NCBI GenBank assembly: GCA_025594325.1
Contig: JANHCV010000008.1
Coordinates: 558,001 to 622,000, forward strand
Length of the DNA stretch: 64,000 nt
Direction of reading: 5' to 3'
Source of the DNA: Blastocladiella emersonii ATCC 22665
Taxonomy: Eukaryota; Fungi; Blastocladiomycota
Shown here: one piece after another, positions 1 through 11,344 of the stretch
Position numbering within the stretch: position 1 is the first letter of the stretch
Layout: every line of letters begins with the position of its first letter
Program-made: the position numbers and the translations under genes
The notes under the pieces: generated by a model
Told to the model about the DNA's origin: nothing
Seen by the model: only the letters and a program-made list of their open reading frames with translations
Databases searched by the model: none

Positions 1-76
1 CCTCGGTATTGCCAGCTCGAGCGTCTACATCAAGCTCAGCTACGCGTGATACAGTGTTTTCTTTCGCAGCTCAAGC

Positions 77-571
77 TTGTTCCTCCTTCCTTATTTGAGA
101 GCAAAAGTCTTCGACTACCCGCCCGTGGAAGGCTCAGCGCTAAGCTCAGCTCAAGTCGCCCCAGGCGACGCACCAGCTCGATCGCAAGCACGCCCCCAGC
201 CCATCAAGCACAAAAGGCCCGAAGCCCATGACCCAATATGCGCGCTTTGCCGGTTCCTCGTACCATTCGATCACAAGGTCATGGTGCCGCACCATCTCAA
301 AGACTGCAAGCGGGTGCGTGACCCTGGCCCAGCGATCCTGGCCATCAATCACGGTCTTCGCGTCGCGCGTATTCGGCTCTACCACGCCGATGGGATGCTC
401 GCTGCCGGAAACAGACTTGAGGCCCGTATTCGCTTCCTTTTGGGCGACCTTCGAACGAAGAAACACATCCACGAGTCGATTTCGCTCGCCGTTGCGTTCT
501 TCGAAGCGATCCTAATCCTCGACCCCAAGGTCATTGAGCGGATCTGGCGGAGGCTCTGTGACATGGTCTAA
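77..571 (+). pseudogene. C-terminal part of a Gag-like/expanded-knuckle family gene (5' end unclear or outside window)
   Basis: CALC-x13-H-x4-C motif followed by RV..P......H..RVARIRL and a RIW.RLC tail, shared with the 849-3077, 5008 and 6310 paralogs. There is an in-frame TGA at 47-49 upstream. Confidence 0.55.
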
Positions 572-848
572 CGTGTCGAGGACGAGAATCGCCACTTGTG
601 CTGTGTCTAAGGAATAAAGGCATCGTTTGTGATGATTCAAGGACCTTCGCTACACGCACGGACGTCAGAACTTTAATGGATAGCAGGAAGCCTACAAAGG
701 TACAGCGAGATCCGACTCGAGCCGCGAAAATCGACGCGCTCGCGATGTGTGGCTGCGCCACACACGTGCATAGAAGTGGTGTCGTTGGAGGGCAGGCGTG
801 GCGAACCTATCGGCCGTCAATCCGACCTCGCTTCCCCGTCGAGATTCA

Positions 849-3077
849 ATGAATAGCTCCCATGTAAATCAACCTCCACTTGCTGCATATTGCTCGCCGA
901 CGGTCATGGATCAGCCAGACGTGCCCGCTTTGATCTCTAGCCAAACTACCGCGCTCCTCCTCCAACTGTGCAACGCGCAGAATGAGCACATCCTCCAAGG
1001 TCTCGGCCACCGTGTTTCCGGCGCACCGTTTCTGGAGACACCGGGTTATCTCCAATCGGTCGCAATCGGTCGCCCCTATCCAAGCGCTTGCGCATGACCT
1101 CGAAGGGCTGGAGCGAGAGCAAGCCCGACTTGCTGTAAGCTCGCACTTGGCACCCGCACACTCGCCGTCCCGAGGCAGGTCTTTGACCTTGTTCCCTTCT
1201 ACTATGCATAAACGGGCCAAAGAGAGTCCTCGATCGCGCAGCCCACCCCGCTCACTGTGCAAGTCACGCGCCCCTTCGCGTTCGCGCTCGCACTCGCACT
1301 CTCGTGAACGCAGTAAACGCACATATTTATCCCGATCTCGTTCCCGTTCGCGCTCTTATTCTCGCTCGCGCTCTCGCTCTCGCTCTCGCTCTTGTAAACG
1401 CAACAAGCGCAGATCGTTACAGCGGCCACGCTCTCGTTCTCGTTCTCGTTCTCGTTCTCGTTCTCGTACTTACTCAAACTCGCGGCTTAGGCCACGATCA
1501 TTGAGCCGCTCGCCGACTCGTGCGACTCGAGCTGCACTACACTTGAGCACAGTAACGCCGGGTTTACACCGTTTGCAACCCTCAAACTTGGAACCCCCAT
1601 CGGCTATCAAGCCGCAAGCTGCACCGGACCGTCCTGGTCACGTCGAACCAAAGTGCGCCTTCTGCCAGCGCATCGTCCCTTTTGAGCGCCTACGCTTTGC
1701 GCCACACGTGTTTTCCAGGCGCCCTCGAGTGCGCGATCCGGTGAAAGCGGCAGAAGTCATCCACCTAGCTGCCCGTGTTGCGCGCCTTCGGTTGACTAAG
1801 GACGACATCGTCCCCTCCGCCAACTTGATTGAGGGCCCGTTTGGTCCAAAATCGCGTCAGAACGCCACGTCAGAACAGAACCGTGAGAATGACCTCATTC
1901 CGCTCCAGCCCGTTCTGCTCATAACCGTGACCCAAACGTCATCGCCTCATTTCATTCTCACACTCGCTGAGAACGCTCGCTGCGACCCGACGAAAGCGCG
2001 CTCGAGCTGCACACTGCCCCAGTAACCATCGCTCACCTTCATACACTCGTTTTTCGTTCACCATCAGCACTCGCATCAGCGAATGGAGCGCGTTCCGCTC
2101 AGACACGGTCCTTGCGCTAGGTCTCGCTTCTATTCTCCACCTCCTCGCCAGGATGGACTCGTGCGCTCCTAGATTAACCTTTTAACTACGTTGAGGACTA
2201 GCTAGACGACGCCTTGAGGGTGTACGTGGCCGTTTCGTGGTCAGTGCTCGCATGAACGACGCGACGCGGTCAGCAGTTTCACTCAACGTCTCTCAGCACT
2301 TGCAACATCGCGCGGGGAGCAGAAGGTCTTTCTTTCACTTGTGACGGACTCAACAAGGATATGCGTCTTCTACGCATGTCAGAGCGCACTGTCGTCGCCA
2401 GGGACGCTAACTTTCTTGAGCTTGGGAGACGCATCAGGCGTGCCATCAAACAGCTGCTGAGGGCCATGGCGCGCGCTCCGCCTCGAAAGGAAACGTAGCG
2501 AACGATGTATCTCGACGTTGGTCATTTCGTACGCGAACGAGTGGTGCGCGGCCTGACGGACGAAGGGGAGCGAGAGAAGCGCGACGGAGTAGAAGCTTAT
2601 GCACGGCAGTTCTCATACAAACGCGAGGGCACCTCGCATTTTCTTTCAGGGACTGCTTAGAGGCACAGCAACCGTTGAGGAACCCGCTGGTGGGGCGAGT
2701 ATACTTTTTTGGCGTGAGGGGAAGCAGGTATTGAGGGGAGAAGTGAACGACAGAACGGTTCAGGCGAAAATGAGCAGAACCGGTCAGCCACGCGAGAATG
2801 GACCAAACACTCACTCAGCCTCAGAACGAGTTCTGACGTCAGCCCCGTTCCGTCAGAATGAGAAAATGCGTGGCTGAATCGTCAGAACGCCGTGGACCAA
2901 ACGGGCCCTGAGCACGTTCGAATCTTCCGCGACTTGGTCCACGCCTCGAAACGCCAAAGTGATGCGAATTCGCACGCGTTTCTGTACCTCAATGCGTGGC
3001 TTACACTCGAGCTTGCCGATCTCCGGCGAATCTGGGTCAAGCTGTGTGAAACGGTGTTGTACTGTCGGACGGGTTGA
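849..3077 (+). pseudogene. SR-rich Gag-like family gene disrupted by a 10-bp duplication and a Harbinger-type insertion
   Basis: ATG at 849. Removing one copy of CAATCGGTCG (1053-1072) joins ORF 798 to ORF 982. Removing 1833-2911 joins ..ANLIE to HVRIFRDL..RRIWVKLCETV, which matches the C-terminus of the 77-571 paralog. Confidence 0.75.
1833..2908. mobile_element. Non-autonomous PIF/Harbinger-type element (1076 bp)
   Basis: Perfect 16-bp TIR GGGCCCGTTTGGTCCA, 3-bp TSD TGA (1830-1832 and 2909-2911), subterminal TCAGAAC repeats and no convincing transposase ORF. Confidence 0.9.
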
Positions 3078-3608
3078 GAAGAGGGCAGAGACTCATTGTG
3101 TCCACGTTTTTGGTTGCCCCACTCTGAACAAGAAATTCTTGGTTTTCACTGCATTAATTCGAGGTCTGAAATATGAAGCCACCAAAGTCCAAGTCCTAGG
3201 AAACGAGAGTGCTCCTTGGACTCACAGCGACCTCGAGCAACTTTCGAGACGCGTCGCGAAATCACGTTTCAATCGCGTGACAGGCGCGAGACGCGTTTTA
3301 AGTTCGGGCCCGCAAAAGCTCTTGGTTCGAGCATTCCACCAGCTAGTGCTTTCCGAGTTACACCAGATTGACGGGGAAGTTGATTGCCGCTTCATCCAAC
3401 GAAAATATCATCGCGTCAGGATTTACGTGTCATGTTCGCCGCGTGTCTCCCGCTGCGGACGTACGCATGCATCGGTCCACGCGCATCTCGCGCACGGATA
3501 GCTGCTTCTACTGACGCAAATTAGCTCCCATCACCCCCGTATAGATACCATCATTCCCTGCAACCCCGCGCAATCTCACAGCTGCCCGGGAAACCGAAAC
3601 CACCGACG

Positions 3609-4994
3609 ATGCATCAACAAACCGCTGCGCCCCAGTCCGCCGCCTCGGCACCTCCTGCCGTCCCGTCGCCCGTCTCGGAGAAGGAGCGCCTCGATGGCCT
3701 GCTGCAGCAACTCATGAACCTGCGGCTCGGTGCCGTCCGCAAGTCGGCCTCATCCGCAGCCGCCGTCCGTCCCGATCATGCCTCGCAACCGCGCCCGAGC
3801 ACGCCTCTGTGCACGCCGCGCACCGGGCTCACCCGCCTCGACTCCACCGTCGAGCAGGTGTGCGGGGTGTACGCACGGCTGTCGCCCCGGTCGCCCACGC
3901 CCACGCCCACGCGCGACGCGCGGTCCCGTTCCCGCTCGCCCGTCCGCTCGCCATCGCGCTCGCGGCCGAGCACGCCCCACTTCGGGTTCGACATCCCGCA
4001 CTCGTGCCCGTTTCCACAGCCGCAGTCGCGGTCCCGGTCTCGCTCGCGCTCGCGGTCCCCGCCGCCCGCCCGTTCGCCGCGACCTCCGAGCGTCGCTGCC
4101 TCGCCGCCCAAGTCGTCGCCGTCGAAGTCGCCGCTCACCCGCCGCCTCTCCGCGTCGACCTTCGCCTTCCCGCCCGAGCCCACGCTCACGTCGGTCACGG
4201 GCCGCCTCGCGCTGATCACGTTCCTCGACGCGGTCGCGCAAGACTCGGGTCCGGGCAATCTGGCCCGCGGCCTGCTTGGCGCGCGGTCGCGCATGCCGTT
4301 CCGCGCGTACTCTAACGTGGCCCTGTTTCTGCGCGACGGCATGGACGACATGGCGGCGCGCGTCACGTCGCTCAACGTGCTCACGTCGCTGCGCCAGCCC
4401 GTGTGGTTCGAGGCGTGGCACACGCTCTCGCGCGACGTCGGCAAGTCGGTGCGCGCGTTCGCCGCACGGTTCCTGACCGCCGCGGTGCCGGTCGTTGGCG
4501 AGGCTGAGATCGCGCACCTGCCGCAGGTCAAGCGCGTGTTTGTCGAGATGTCGCTGCGCGAGGTCAAGGCGTGCCGCGCGGTCATGTTCGCTGCCGAGCA
4601 CGCCGTGTGCGGGTTCGCCCGGCTCGTCGAGCTCGTTGAGATGCAGGCGGCGGGCGACACCGAGTGCCAGTTCTGCGCGCGGATCACGCACATCTCGGCA
4701 GCCCATCGCACGCACCGCGCCGAGGGGTGTGGGCGGTCGGCCAACCTGCTCGGGATCGCGAACCGCATCAAGAAGGGCATGGCCGCCGCATCGGTCGTCG
4801 TCGCGGGCCGCGTCGTGGGCGACGATGAGCGGCGTGCCGACGTTGAGCGCGTCCTGTGGGAGCTCCGCGCGTGGTGCGTGCTGCACGGCGCGCTCGCGGC
4901 CAACCCGGCGTGCGTCGCGGCCCAGTACCTTGACGGGTGTGTGATGTTCGAGGACGCGAAGCTGCGCGCCGTCTGGGACCACGTGTGCATGTAA
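3609..4994 (+). CDS. SR/P-rich protein with Gag capsid-like segment and expanded CCHC knuckle
   Basis: 461-aa ORF. WHTLSRDVGKSVRAFAARF resembles the retrotransposon Gag CA signature; CQFC-x12-H-x4-C follows. Confidence 0.75.
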   Translation: MHQQTAAPQSAASAPPAVPSPVSEKERLDGLLQQLMNLRLGAVRKSASSAAAVRPDHASQPRPSTPLCTPRTGLTRLDSTVEQVCGVYARLSPRSPTPTPTRDARSRSRSPVRSPSRSRPSTPHFGFDIPHSCPFPQPQSRSRSRSRSRSPPPARSPRPPSVAASPPKSSPSKSPLTRRLSASTFAFPPEPTLTSVTGRLALITFLDAVAQDSGPGNLARGLLGARSRMPFRAYSNVALFLRDGMDDMAARVTSLNVLTSLRQPVWFEAWHTLSRDVGKSVRAFAARFLTAAVPVVGEAEIAHLPQVKRVFVEMSLREVKACRAVMFAAEHAVCGFARLVELVEMQAAGDTECQFCARITHISAAHRTHRAEGCGRSANLLGIANRIKKGMAAASVVVAGRVVGDDERRADVERVLWELRAWCVLHGALAANPACVAAQYLDGCVMFEDAKLRAVWDHVCM

Positions 4995-5007
4995 AGGGTG
5001 CGGTATT

Positions 5008-5748
5008 ATGTTCAGTAGAGTAAATAAAGGCGGCTTCGAGCAAAGTTCGAGACATGAGGCCATCAGGGGAAGAAGACATCAGCGGTCCAGCAGTCACGGT
5101 CGGCGACACAGGACGCGCCGCGGGCACGGCATCGCCCTCGCTCTCCATAAACACATGCCCGACGAGCTCGCCCGCAAAACCGTATTTGAGGTGGTTGACC
5201 CGGATCGCCGCAGGAGCGATATCAACGACTGGATTAATCTCACACGTGATCCCAACGAGTCAATCGACGATTTCGCAACGCGGTTCGAGAAGTGCCTCGA
5301 CCGCGTGGCTTTGAAAGCTCTCCTCGCCGAGCGGCTGCACGTGCGGTTCGCGTTCGTTGAAAAGGCCCTTACAGGCCGCGTGAACGAGGCTGCTATCATG
5401 TCGGTCCGCAACGAAGCGGGCCAGGTCAACGTCACGCTGGCGAGCCTGGTCGAGTACGTTCGGCAAGCGGAACGTGACCCCGTCCAGGTAATGCCGCACG
5501 AGTCCTCGCTCGTGTCTTCTTCGTCAGCGCACTTTCCCGCAGCGGCTCAATCCGGACAGGGCAAAATTGAAGGCGAGAAGTGCGAGTTTTGCTCCCACAT
5601 CGAACGCTTCCACCGCCGCCGTCGTATTCTCGCGCACCGCACGCCCGACTGCGACCGCGTCCGCTGGCCGCGCGAAATCGTCGAGGTGATTGATCACGCA
5701 CTTTGCCTCGCGCGGATCCAGCTTGCGCCGGCAGACGTGGATCGTTGA
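5008..5748 (+). CDS. Short Gag-like protein with expanded CCHC knuckle (start uncertain)
   Basis: WINLTRDPNESIDDFATRFEKCL is a Gag CA-like motif; CEFC-x14-H-x4-C-DRV follows. Confidence 0.7.
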   Translation: MFSRVNKGGFEQSSRHEAIRGRRHQRSSSHGRRHRTRRGHGIALALHKHMPDELARKTVFEVVDPDRRRSDINDWINLTRDPNESIDDFATRFEKCLDRVALKALLAERLHVRFAFVEKALTGRVNEAAIMSVRNEAGQVNVTLASLVEYVRQAERDPVQVMPHESSLVSSSSAHFPAAAQSGQGKIEGEKCEFCSHIERFHRRRRILAHRTPDCDRVRWPREIVEVIDHALCLARIQLAPADVDR

Positions 5749-6309
5749 ACTGACTTGCATGTACGCGTTCGAAACGTCTACGATAAGCTTTGCGCTTCGA
5801 AACAGTCCCACAGGGGGGTCCAGCGCGCGGTCGCAAACCTCGAGGCGTGCCTCGTTCTTGGGCCCAGTGAGCTCGCGCGGGTTTGGGATTGGGTGTGTGA
5901 CGTGGTTCCGATATCGAGGATTTGAATGGATTGTAACAAATGACTAGTGTTGTTGTAGCATGATGGGTTTGGCCGCGGGCGCTCACGGGCTGACGTCCGG
6001 GGGAACCACGAATACTCTTGGACAACGGGGCCCGTAAGAGCCAGGCGGGCGCGGCATCGACTCGTACGTCTGATGCGCGACTGGTGGCCTCACAACGTGA
6101 CTCGACGAGATGGCCGGCGACGCGACGCGACGCGAAATCATGTGTGCGTCACGTGTTGCGGTCCGAGACATTCTGCGGCGAGGCTTTCGCGTTGGTCGCT
6201 CCAGCCGCCTCGCCAGGGGTCCTGCCCTCGCCGCGCCCTCGGCCCCTCCCCCTCATCCGCTCCTCTGACCCACTCGCGGAGGTCATGCCAACGACCCAGA
6301 CTCGCTGCA

Positions 6310-8481
6310 ATGCATCACTACACGAACCTGGCGCCGAACGCCGGGTGCCCGAGCGTGCCGACCGAACCGCTGCTCCCGCCCGCGCCGCCGCAATCGGAGC
6401 ACGACGCGCTCCTGTCGCTGCTCAACGCCCGCGTCAGCTGTATCCGGGGCGGCATCGCGCTCCGGTTCGCCGCAGCAAAGGGCGTCGAGCCGCCCGCTTG
6501 GGGCCAGTTTGACCATGGGCCCAGCCTGCCGGAACCACCACATGTTCCATCGACGGCCGAGGAGGTGGACGCGAAGCCTGCGCGCCGGCAAGCTTCGCTT
6601 TGTGTTGTATCGGACTCGGAGGACGATGTCGACGAGGACGTGCACGAACAGCCGGTGCTGACCCGCGCCGAGTTCGATGCGCCATGTCTCAACCGCCAAT
6701 CCCGCTCGAGAACGCGCTCCCGCTCTCCACCGACTGGCCGCAATCCGTCCCCGTCTCGGTCTCGGAAACGCACACGCTCGCCCGATGCGCGCGCCCATCG
6801 CGCCCGTTCTCGGTCCCACTCTCCCGTCGCCACCCGCTCGTCGTCGCAATCGCTATCACGGGCATGGGAGCGTCGGGCGCGCCCCACTCGAGCGCGTCCT
6901 CGTGTGTCCGGTCGGTCTTGCTCGCGCTCCGCGTCGAGGTCGCGCTCCGTTTCCGTCTCGGTATCTCCCTCCCCCGAAACCGCACCCCGCGTTCTCGTCT
7001 CGTCGAGCAGGCCTTCCTCGCCGGCACCTGTCGCCGTGCAACCCGCACTAGATCCGGTTCCCGTGTCGCCCGTCCGCGCCGAATCGCCAGTCGCGCCGGT
7101 GTTTTCGCCCTTGCAGCCCGCGCTCGACGAACATGCACCGTGGATGTCCTCGGATCCCCTCGCGTCATTGCCGCCCGCGGTGCAGCAGCAGCAGCAGTCG
7201 CAAAACCCGTGGCTCACGTTTTCACACCGCCCACCTGCTCCGCCACCCGCTGCGTCGCACCCTCACCCCCAACACCCTCACCCGCCGCCCGCCGCATCGT
7301 ACCCGCACCACTCACACGCGCACGCGCACGTGCACGCGCACCGCCCAGTGCCCGTGCCGTGGTCGCACGCGCACCGCCCAGCGCCCGTGCCGTGGTCGCA
7401 CGCGACGCGCTCCGAGCCGTCCGCGGACCCATACCGCTTCCCGAGCAACAGCGACATCATCAAGCTGACCATGACCGCGTCCTTCACGCTGCCCAACATC
7501 GTGCTCAACACGGCCGCGGGACAGGCGACGCTCGTCGCGTATCTCGACGCCGTCGTGGCGCTGCTCGGCGCGGGCAACCTCGCGCGCGGGATCATCCTGG
7601 GCCGCCGCCGCATCGCCCCGCAGATTTACTTTGACCTGGTCCTCTTCCTGCGCATGGACATGCCCGACGACGTGGCGCGCGCCGCGGTGCTCGGGATCCT
7701 CGACCCGGCACGCCGGCCCGCGTGGCTCGCTGACTGGCGCGCGCTCGCGCGGGTCCCCGGCGAGCCGATCCAGGCGTTCGCGCAGCGGTTTCTCGCGACC
7801 ATCGCGCCCGCCGTCACCGAGGACGAGGCGGGGCGGTTCCCGCAGATCAAGCAGGTCTTCATCGAGCGCGCGCTCCTGCTCCCGCAGCACCGCGACACCA
7901 TCTCGCGCGTCGGCAAGAACACGACGCGGTTCTTTGCCGAGCTCGTCGATATCATCGCCCAGTACGAGACCGCCTTCGGCCCGTCGCCCGCGCCACCGCC
8001 GCTCCCGCCCGTAAACCTCGCGCACGTCGTCGCCGACCCGATCCCACGCGCCGCGAGTCCACCACCACCACCGACTGCACCATCCCCGCCCCCGCCGCCG
8101 TCCGAGCTCGCAGAGTCCGTGATCGTGTGCCGGTTCTGCGCGCACCTGACGCACCTCCCCGCGAGCGACTGGTTGCACGCCGCGGGCGCGGCGTGCCCGC
8201 GGTCGCGCAACGTTCGGGTGCTGGTGCACTTTCTCGAGCACGGGATCCGCGCCACGCGCATGCGGCTCAACCCGTACGACGACCGCGCGAGCGACAGCGA
8301 GGTCGCGCGCCGGCTCGCGGGGATCGCAAGGAAGTTGCGTGGTGTGCCGAGGCAGCGACAGAACGACGCGGTCCGGCTCGCGGGGGATTACTTTGCTGCG
8401 TGCGCTGAGCTCCCGGCGGAGGTCAAGCGCACTGTGTTGAGGATGGTGACCAAGGTCGAGATTGGGAAGGAGGAGACGTGA
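6310..8481 (+). CDS. SR/P/H-rich Gag-like protein with expanded CCHC knuckle
   Basis: Probable ATG at 6310. Clear paralog of 3609 (LVAYLDAV...GNLARG...WRALARVPGEPIQAFAQRF...IKQVFIE); CRFC-x12-H-x5-C. Confidence 0.75.
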   Translation: MHHYTNLAPNAGCPSVPTEPLLPPAPPQSEHDALLSLLNARVSCIRGGIALRFAAAKGVEPPAWGQFDHGPSLPEPPHVPSTAEEVDAKPARRQASLCVVSDSEDDVDEDVHEQPVLTRAEFDAPCLNRQSRSRTRSRSPPTGRNPSPSRSRKRTRSPDARAHRARSRSHSPVATRSSSQSLSRAWERRARPTRARPRVSGRSCSRSASRSRSVSVSVSPSPETAPRVLVSSSRPSSPAPVAVQPALDPVPVSPVRAESPVAPVFSPLQPALDEHAPWMSSDPLASLPPAVQQQQQSQNPWLTFSHRPPAPPPAASHPHPQHPHPPPAASYPHHSHAHAHVHAHRPVPVPWSHAHRPAPVPWSHATRSEPSADPYRFPSNSDIIKLTMTASFTLPNIVLNTAAGQATLVAYLDAVVALLGAGNLARGIILGRRRIAPQIYFDLVLFLRMDMPDDVARAAVLGILDPARRPAWLADWRALARVPGEPIQAFAQRFLATIAPAVTEDEAGRFPQIKQVFIERALLLPQHRDTISRVGKNTTRFFAELVDIIAQYETAFGPSPAPPPLPPVNLAHVVADPIPRAASPPPPPTAPSPPPPPSELAESVIVCRFCAHLTHLPASDWLHAAGAACPRSRNVRVLVHFLEHGIRATRMRLNPYDDRASDSEVARRLAGIARKLRGVPRQRQNDAVRLAGDYFAACAELPAEVKRTVLRMVTKVEIGKEET

Positions 8482-8842
8482 CTCGCGATGTGGGTTGTAT
8501 ATACACTTCGACCGTTTACGGCAGTCTCTCGGCAACGGCGGTGACGCGGTGGCGAAAAGTGTCTCGCACCGCCACGTGATGTCTCGCGTTCCGCGCGACG
8601 CGTGTGGCCAGAACGCCCGACGCTGTACAGAGGGGTGCCGTTGGTCGGGAGTGCCGTGGTGCGAACATCGCGAGGCGGCCAGTGAGAAGCCGATCCGGTG
8701 CGTTGAGCGGGCAAGTTCAGCCCAGAGGAATGCGATCGCAGCGAGGGTCACAAAATCAATGCCTCCCACTGAACCTGCCGTCAACGTCTGCTTCAACGCT
8801 TGACCTGAACGCGCACATTCCTAAGATATTTCGATACTCGCC

Positions 8843-10117
8843 ATGAATCTCCCCGACTTGCTGCAAACCTCGCCGTTCTGTGACTGGGCCGCGACAGCGC
8901 ACGCGTTTGATGCGAATACGGCCAAGCTGTTGCAGGTCTTCCACCTCGTGGCCCTCATCGCCGCTGCTGCAACGCTTCCCTTCGCGTACTACACTTGCTA
9001 CAGTTACTTTATCCGTCAACGCCGCCGCTTCTTCGCACCACGAACCGCCGATTCGGCGCGCCTCAAGCCGATGCCAAATGAGTGCTTCATTGCTGGGTTC
9101 ACCGCGGTAATGCACACATTTGTCGTTTGGCATTTGCTCATGTACTTTAACGCGGGCTCGCCGCTCCTGCGCCACTTCGTCCAAAACTTGCGCTACTCGG
9201 TGGCCGTGGTCGGGTGCATCCTGTACCTCGTCGGGTTCCTGTCGAGCATCCCGTCTGGCGCCGCGACGATCGCTTCTGGGTTCGCTCAGGACCGACTGCC
9301 CAGCTGGAAGCGGCTTCTGCTCGCAGTCCCGGTGCCAAAGCCCAAGGCCATGAACCTAATCTTGCTGTACTCCCTCGTCGTACACCTGATCACGGCCAAC
9401 GGGATCGCGATCGGACTGGGGCTTGCAACGACGTGGGCGGAAGCGCGGATCTGGCGGGCTGCACTCTGGACGGTATGGAGCGTTTTCACCGGCTTTCTCG
9501 CGCTATCCCTCGCCTTGTTTGGCGTGCAGCTCCTTGTCATCGTGGACGCTAACGAGCGGCACCGCATCACGACCAAGGTCTCGTCTCGCCCAGAAAGCCT
9601 CATTGCGATCAAAGAGGAGAAAGCCGCGGCGACCCCCGACCCTCCAATCCAGAAAACGGCGGCCATGTCGCAGTCTCCAAGCATCGGCGCCGCCGCGAGC
9701 TCTCTGATCCGCTCCTTGCGGTCCAACAGCCAGGATCAGTCGGCCAGCCGCTCAAACCCAGACGATTCGCCTGATGCCCAGTCCCTCCGACGCGCTCGCT
9801 CGTTCAGCCTCAAGCAACTGCGCGCAGTGATTGCTGCGACGGTGATGCTCTGTAGCTGCTACGTGCTAATCAACGTCATGACCATGGTCGCGCTCGAGCT
9901 GATGCATACCTACGCACCGACCTTGAAAACGCTTTCCAGCGACATGCTGTTCATGATTCCCGCCTTGTACCACATCGTCATGGGCCCGGTCGCAGGATTC
10001 TTCGTCTTTGTCGGGTTTACGGTCGTGATTGTGTTTACGAGGCCGGCGTTGCCCAGCTCGGCGTCTCTAGCGAGCTCCGCTAGTGCTGTGCGATCGCGGT
10101 CGAATTCGAACCAGTAA
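8843..10117 (+). CDS. Seven-transmembrane (GPCR-like topology) protein, paralog 1
   Basis: 424 aa with seven hydrophobic segments and a long S-rich loop between segments 5 and 6; obvious paralog of 13681 and 32154. Confidence 0.75.
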   Translation: MNLPDLLQTSPFCDWAATAHAFDANTAKLLQVFHLVALIAAAATLPFAYYTCYSYFIRQRRRFFAPRTADSARLKPMPNECFIAGFTAVMHTFVVWHLLMYFNAGSPLLRHFVQNLRYSVAVVGCILYLVGFLSSIPSGAATIASGFAQDRLPSWKRLLLAVPVPKPKAMNLILLYSLVVHLITANGIAIGLGLATTWAEARIWRAALWTVWSVFTGFLALSLALFGVQLLVIVDANERHRITTKVSSRPESLIAIKEEKAAATPDPPIQKTAAMSQSPSIGAAASSLIRSLRSNSQDQSASRSNPDDSPDAQSLRRARSFSLKQLRAVIAATVMLCSCYVLINVMTMVALELMHTYAPTLKTLSSDMLFMIPALYHIVMGPVAGFFVFVGFTVVIVFTRPALPSSASLASSASAVRSRSNSNQ

Positions 10118-11344
10118 TAGCTCGACCAACAGCACTTCAATGGTTAGGGCGTGACACCGCAACGCAGTGAAGGTAATCGCGCGCGAGGGTGTGACCGTAA
10201 GAATGGCCTAACGTGCCGCGTCGCAGCACGCGCCGCGGCACATGCTCTGGGCTCGCGTCCGCGTGCAGCTGTTGCACGCGCCGCGACCCCATGTGGGCCT
10301 CGCGACCTCGCGCCTTTGGTCGCCCCCACATATATGCGCTTGATCACCTGCCACGGGGTCAATGCTTCTCGCTCTGCCTCCTGCTCTGCTTCCCGCTTGG
10401 GTGGTCGGGAGAAAAGTCGGGTGATGCGCAGTATATGGGGCTAGCCACCTCAACGGTGCACCAGCGCAGGAACCTTAGCTGAGGCCTCTTCCGCCGCCCG
10501 CCTCGCGTCGGCGGCCTATAAAGGTGCGGGTGCGCCGCCCCGGTCTTGATCGTCGCTCGATCAAGCTCCGCGCGCGGCTCCTCCCTCTCGCTCAAGGCCT
10601 CCCAACCCACCACAACCCAGGGGCCTCTCGTTCGGGCCGCAGCCTCGGTGACATAGTCGCGTCGCCGATGCTCGCGCGCCCACGATCGGGTCCCTCCGCT
10701 GCGCCTCGGCCACGCGCCGATTCCGTCTGACCAACGCGTGGTCATTCAGGCCCACGTGCCGCGCACGTGGGTATCCCCGTCCCGCTGTAAGCTTCTACTT
10801 TATGTCTCGGTTATATGCTGCTGCTGAAACCTCTCTCCGCGGTGAGCGAAGAGAGAACGCGTCCGCGTCTCGTCTCGCGGGTGAGACATCACGTGAAAGG
10901 CACGTGAACTACTCTCACGCGATGCATGCCGATCCCTGCGGGCGAGCGGGGTCGGACGGCCACCGCGAGGTCACTGAATGAAGCTGATTTATCATAGTAT
11001 CTGATACACGTTGAGTTCGGAAAAGTGGAGAGAGCTCGGGCTGACTTGTCAGTGTAAATGCTCAACGAGTCTTGTCTGGCTGAGAGCCCGTCCCGACCAT
11101 TTTCATTCGCGTCACTCGTGCACCCGATGCAGGAAGCAGTGCGCGCAGTCCCGCAAGGCCAGTGTAGTTCCTTTTATAAAGTCTCCGGTCGTGGACGAGT
11201 CCCCGTCGGGTGAGACGCGTCGCGATATCATGTGTTTGATCAGGTGACGTCCAGCATGCATGCGCGTGCAGGTCGGCTCTTCTCGCCGCTTCGCCTCGCT
11301 CTCCTTCGCTCTCTGCCTTTAACGCACATTTTTGAGGCAGAAAT

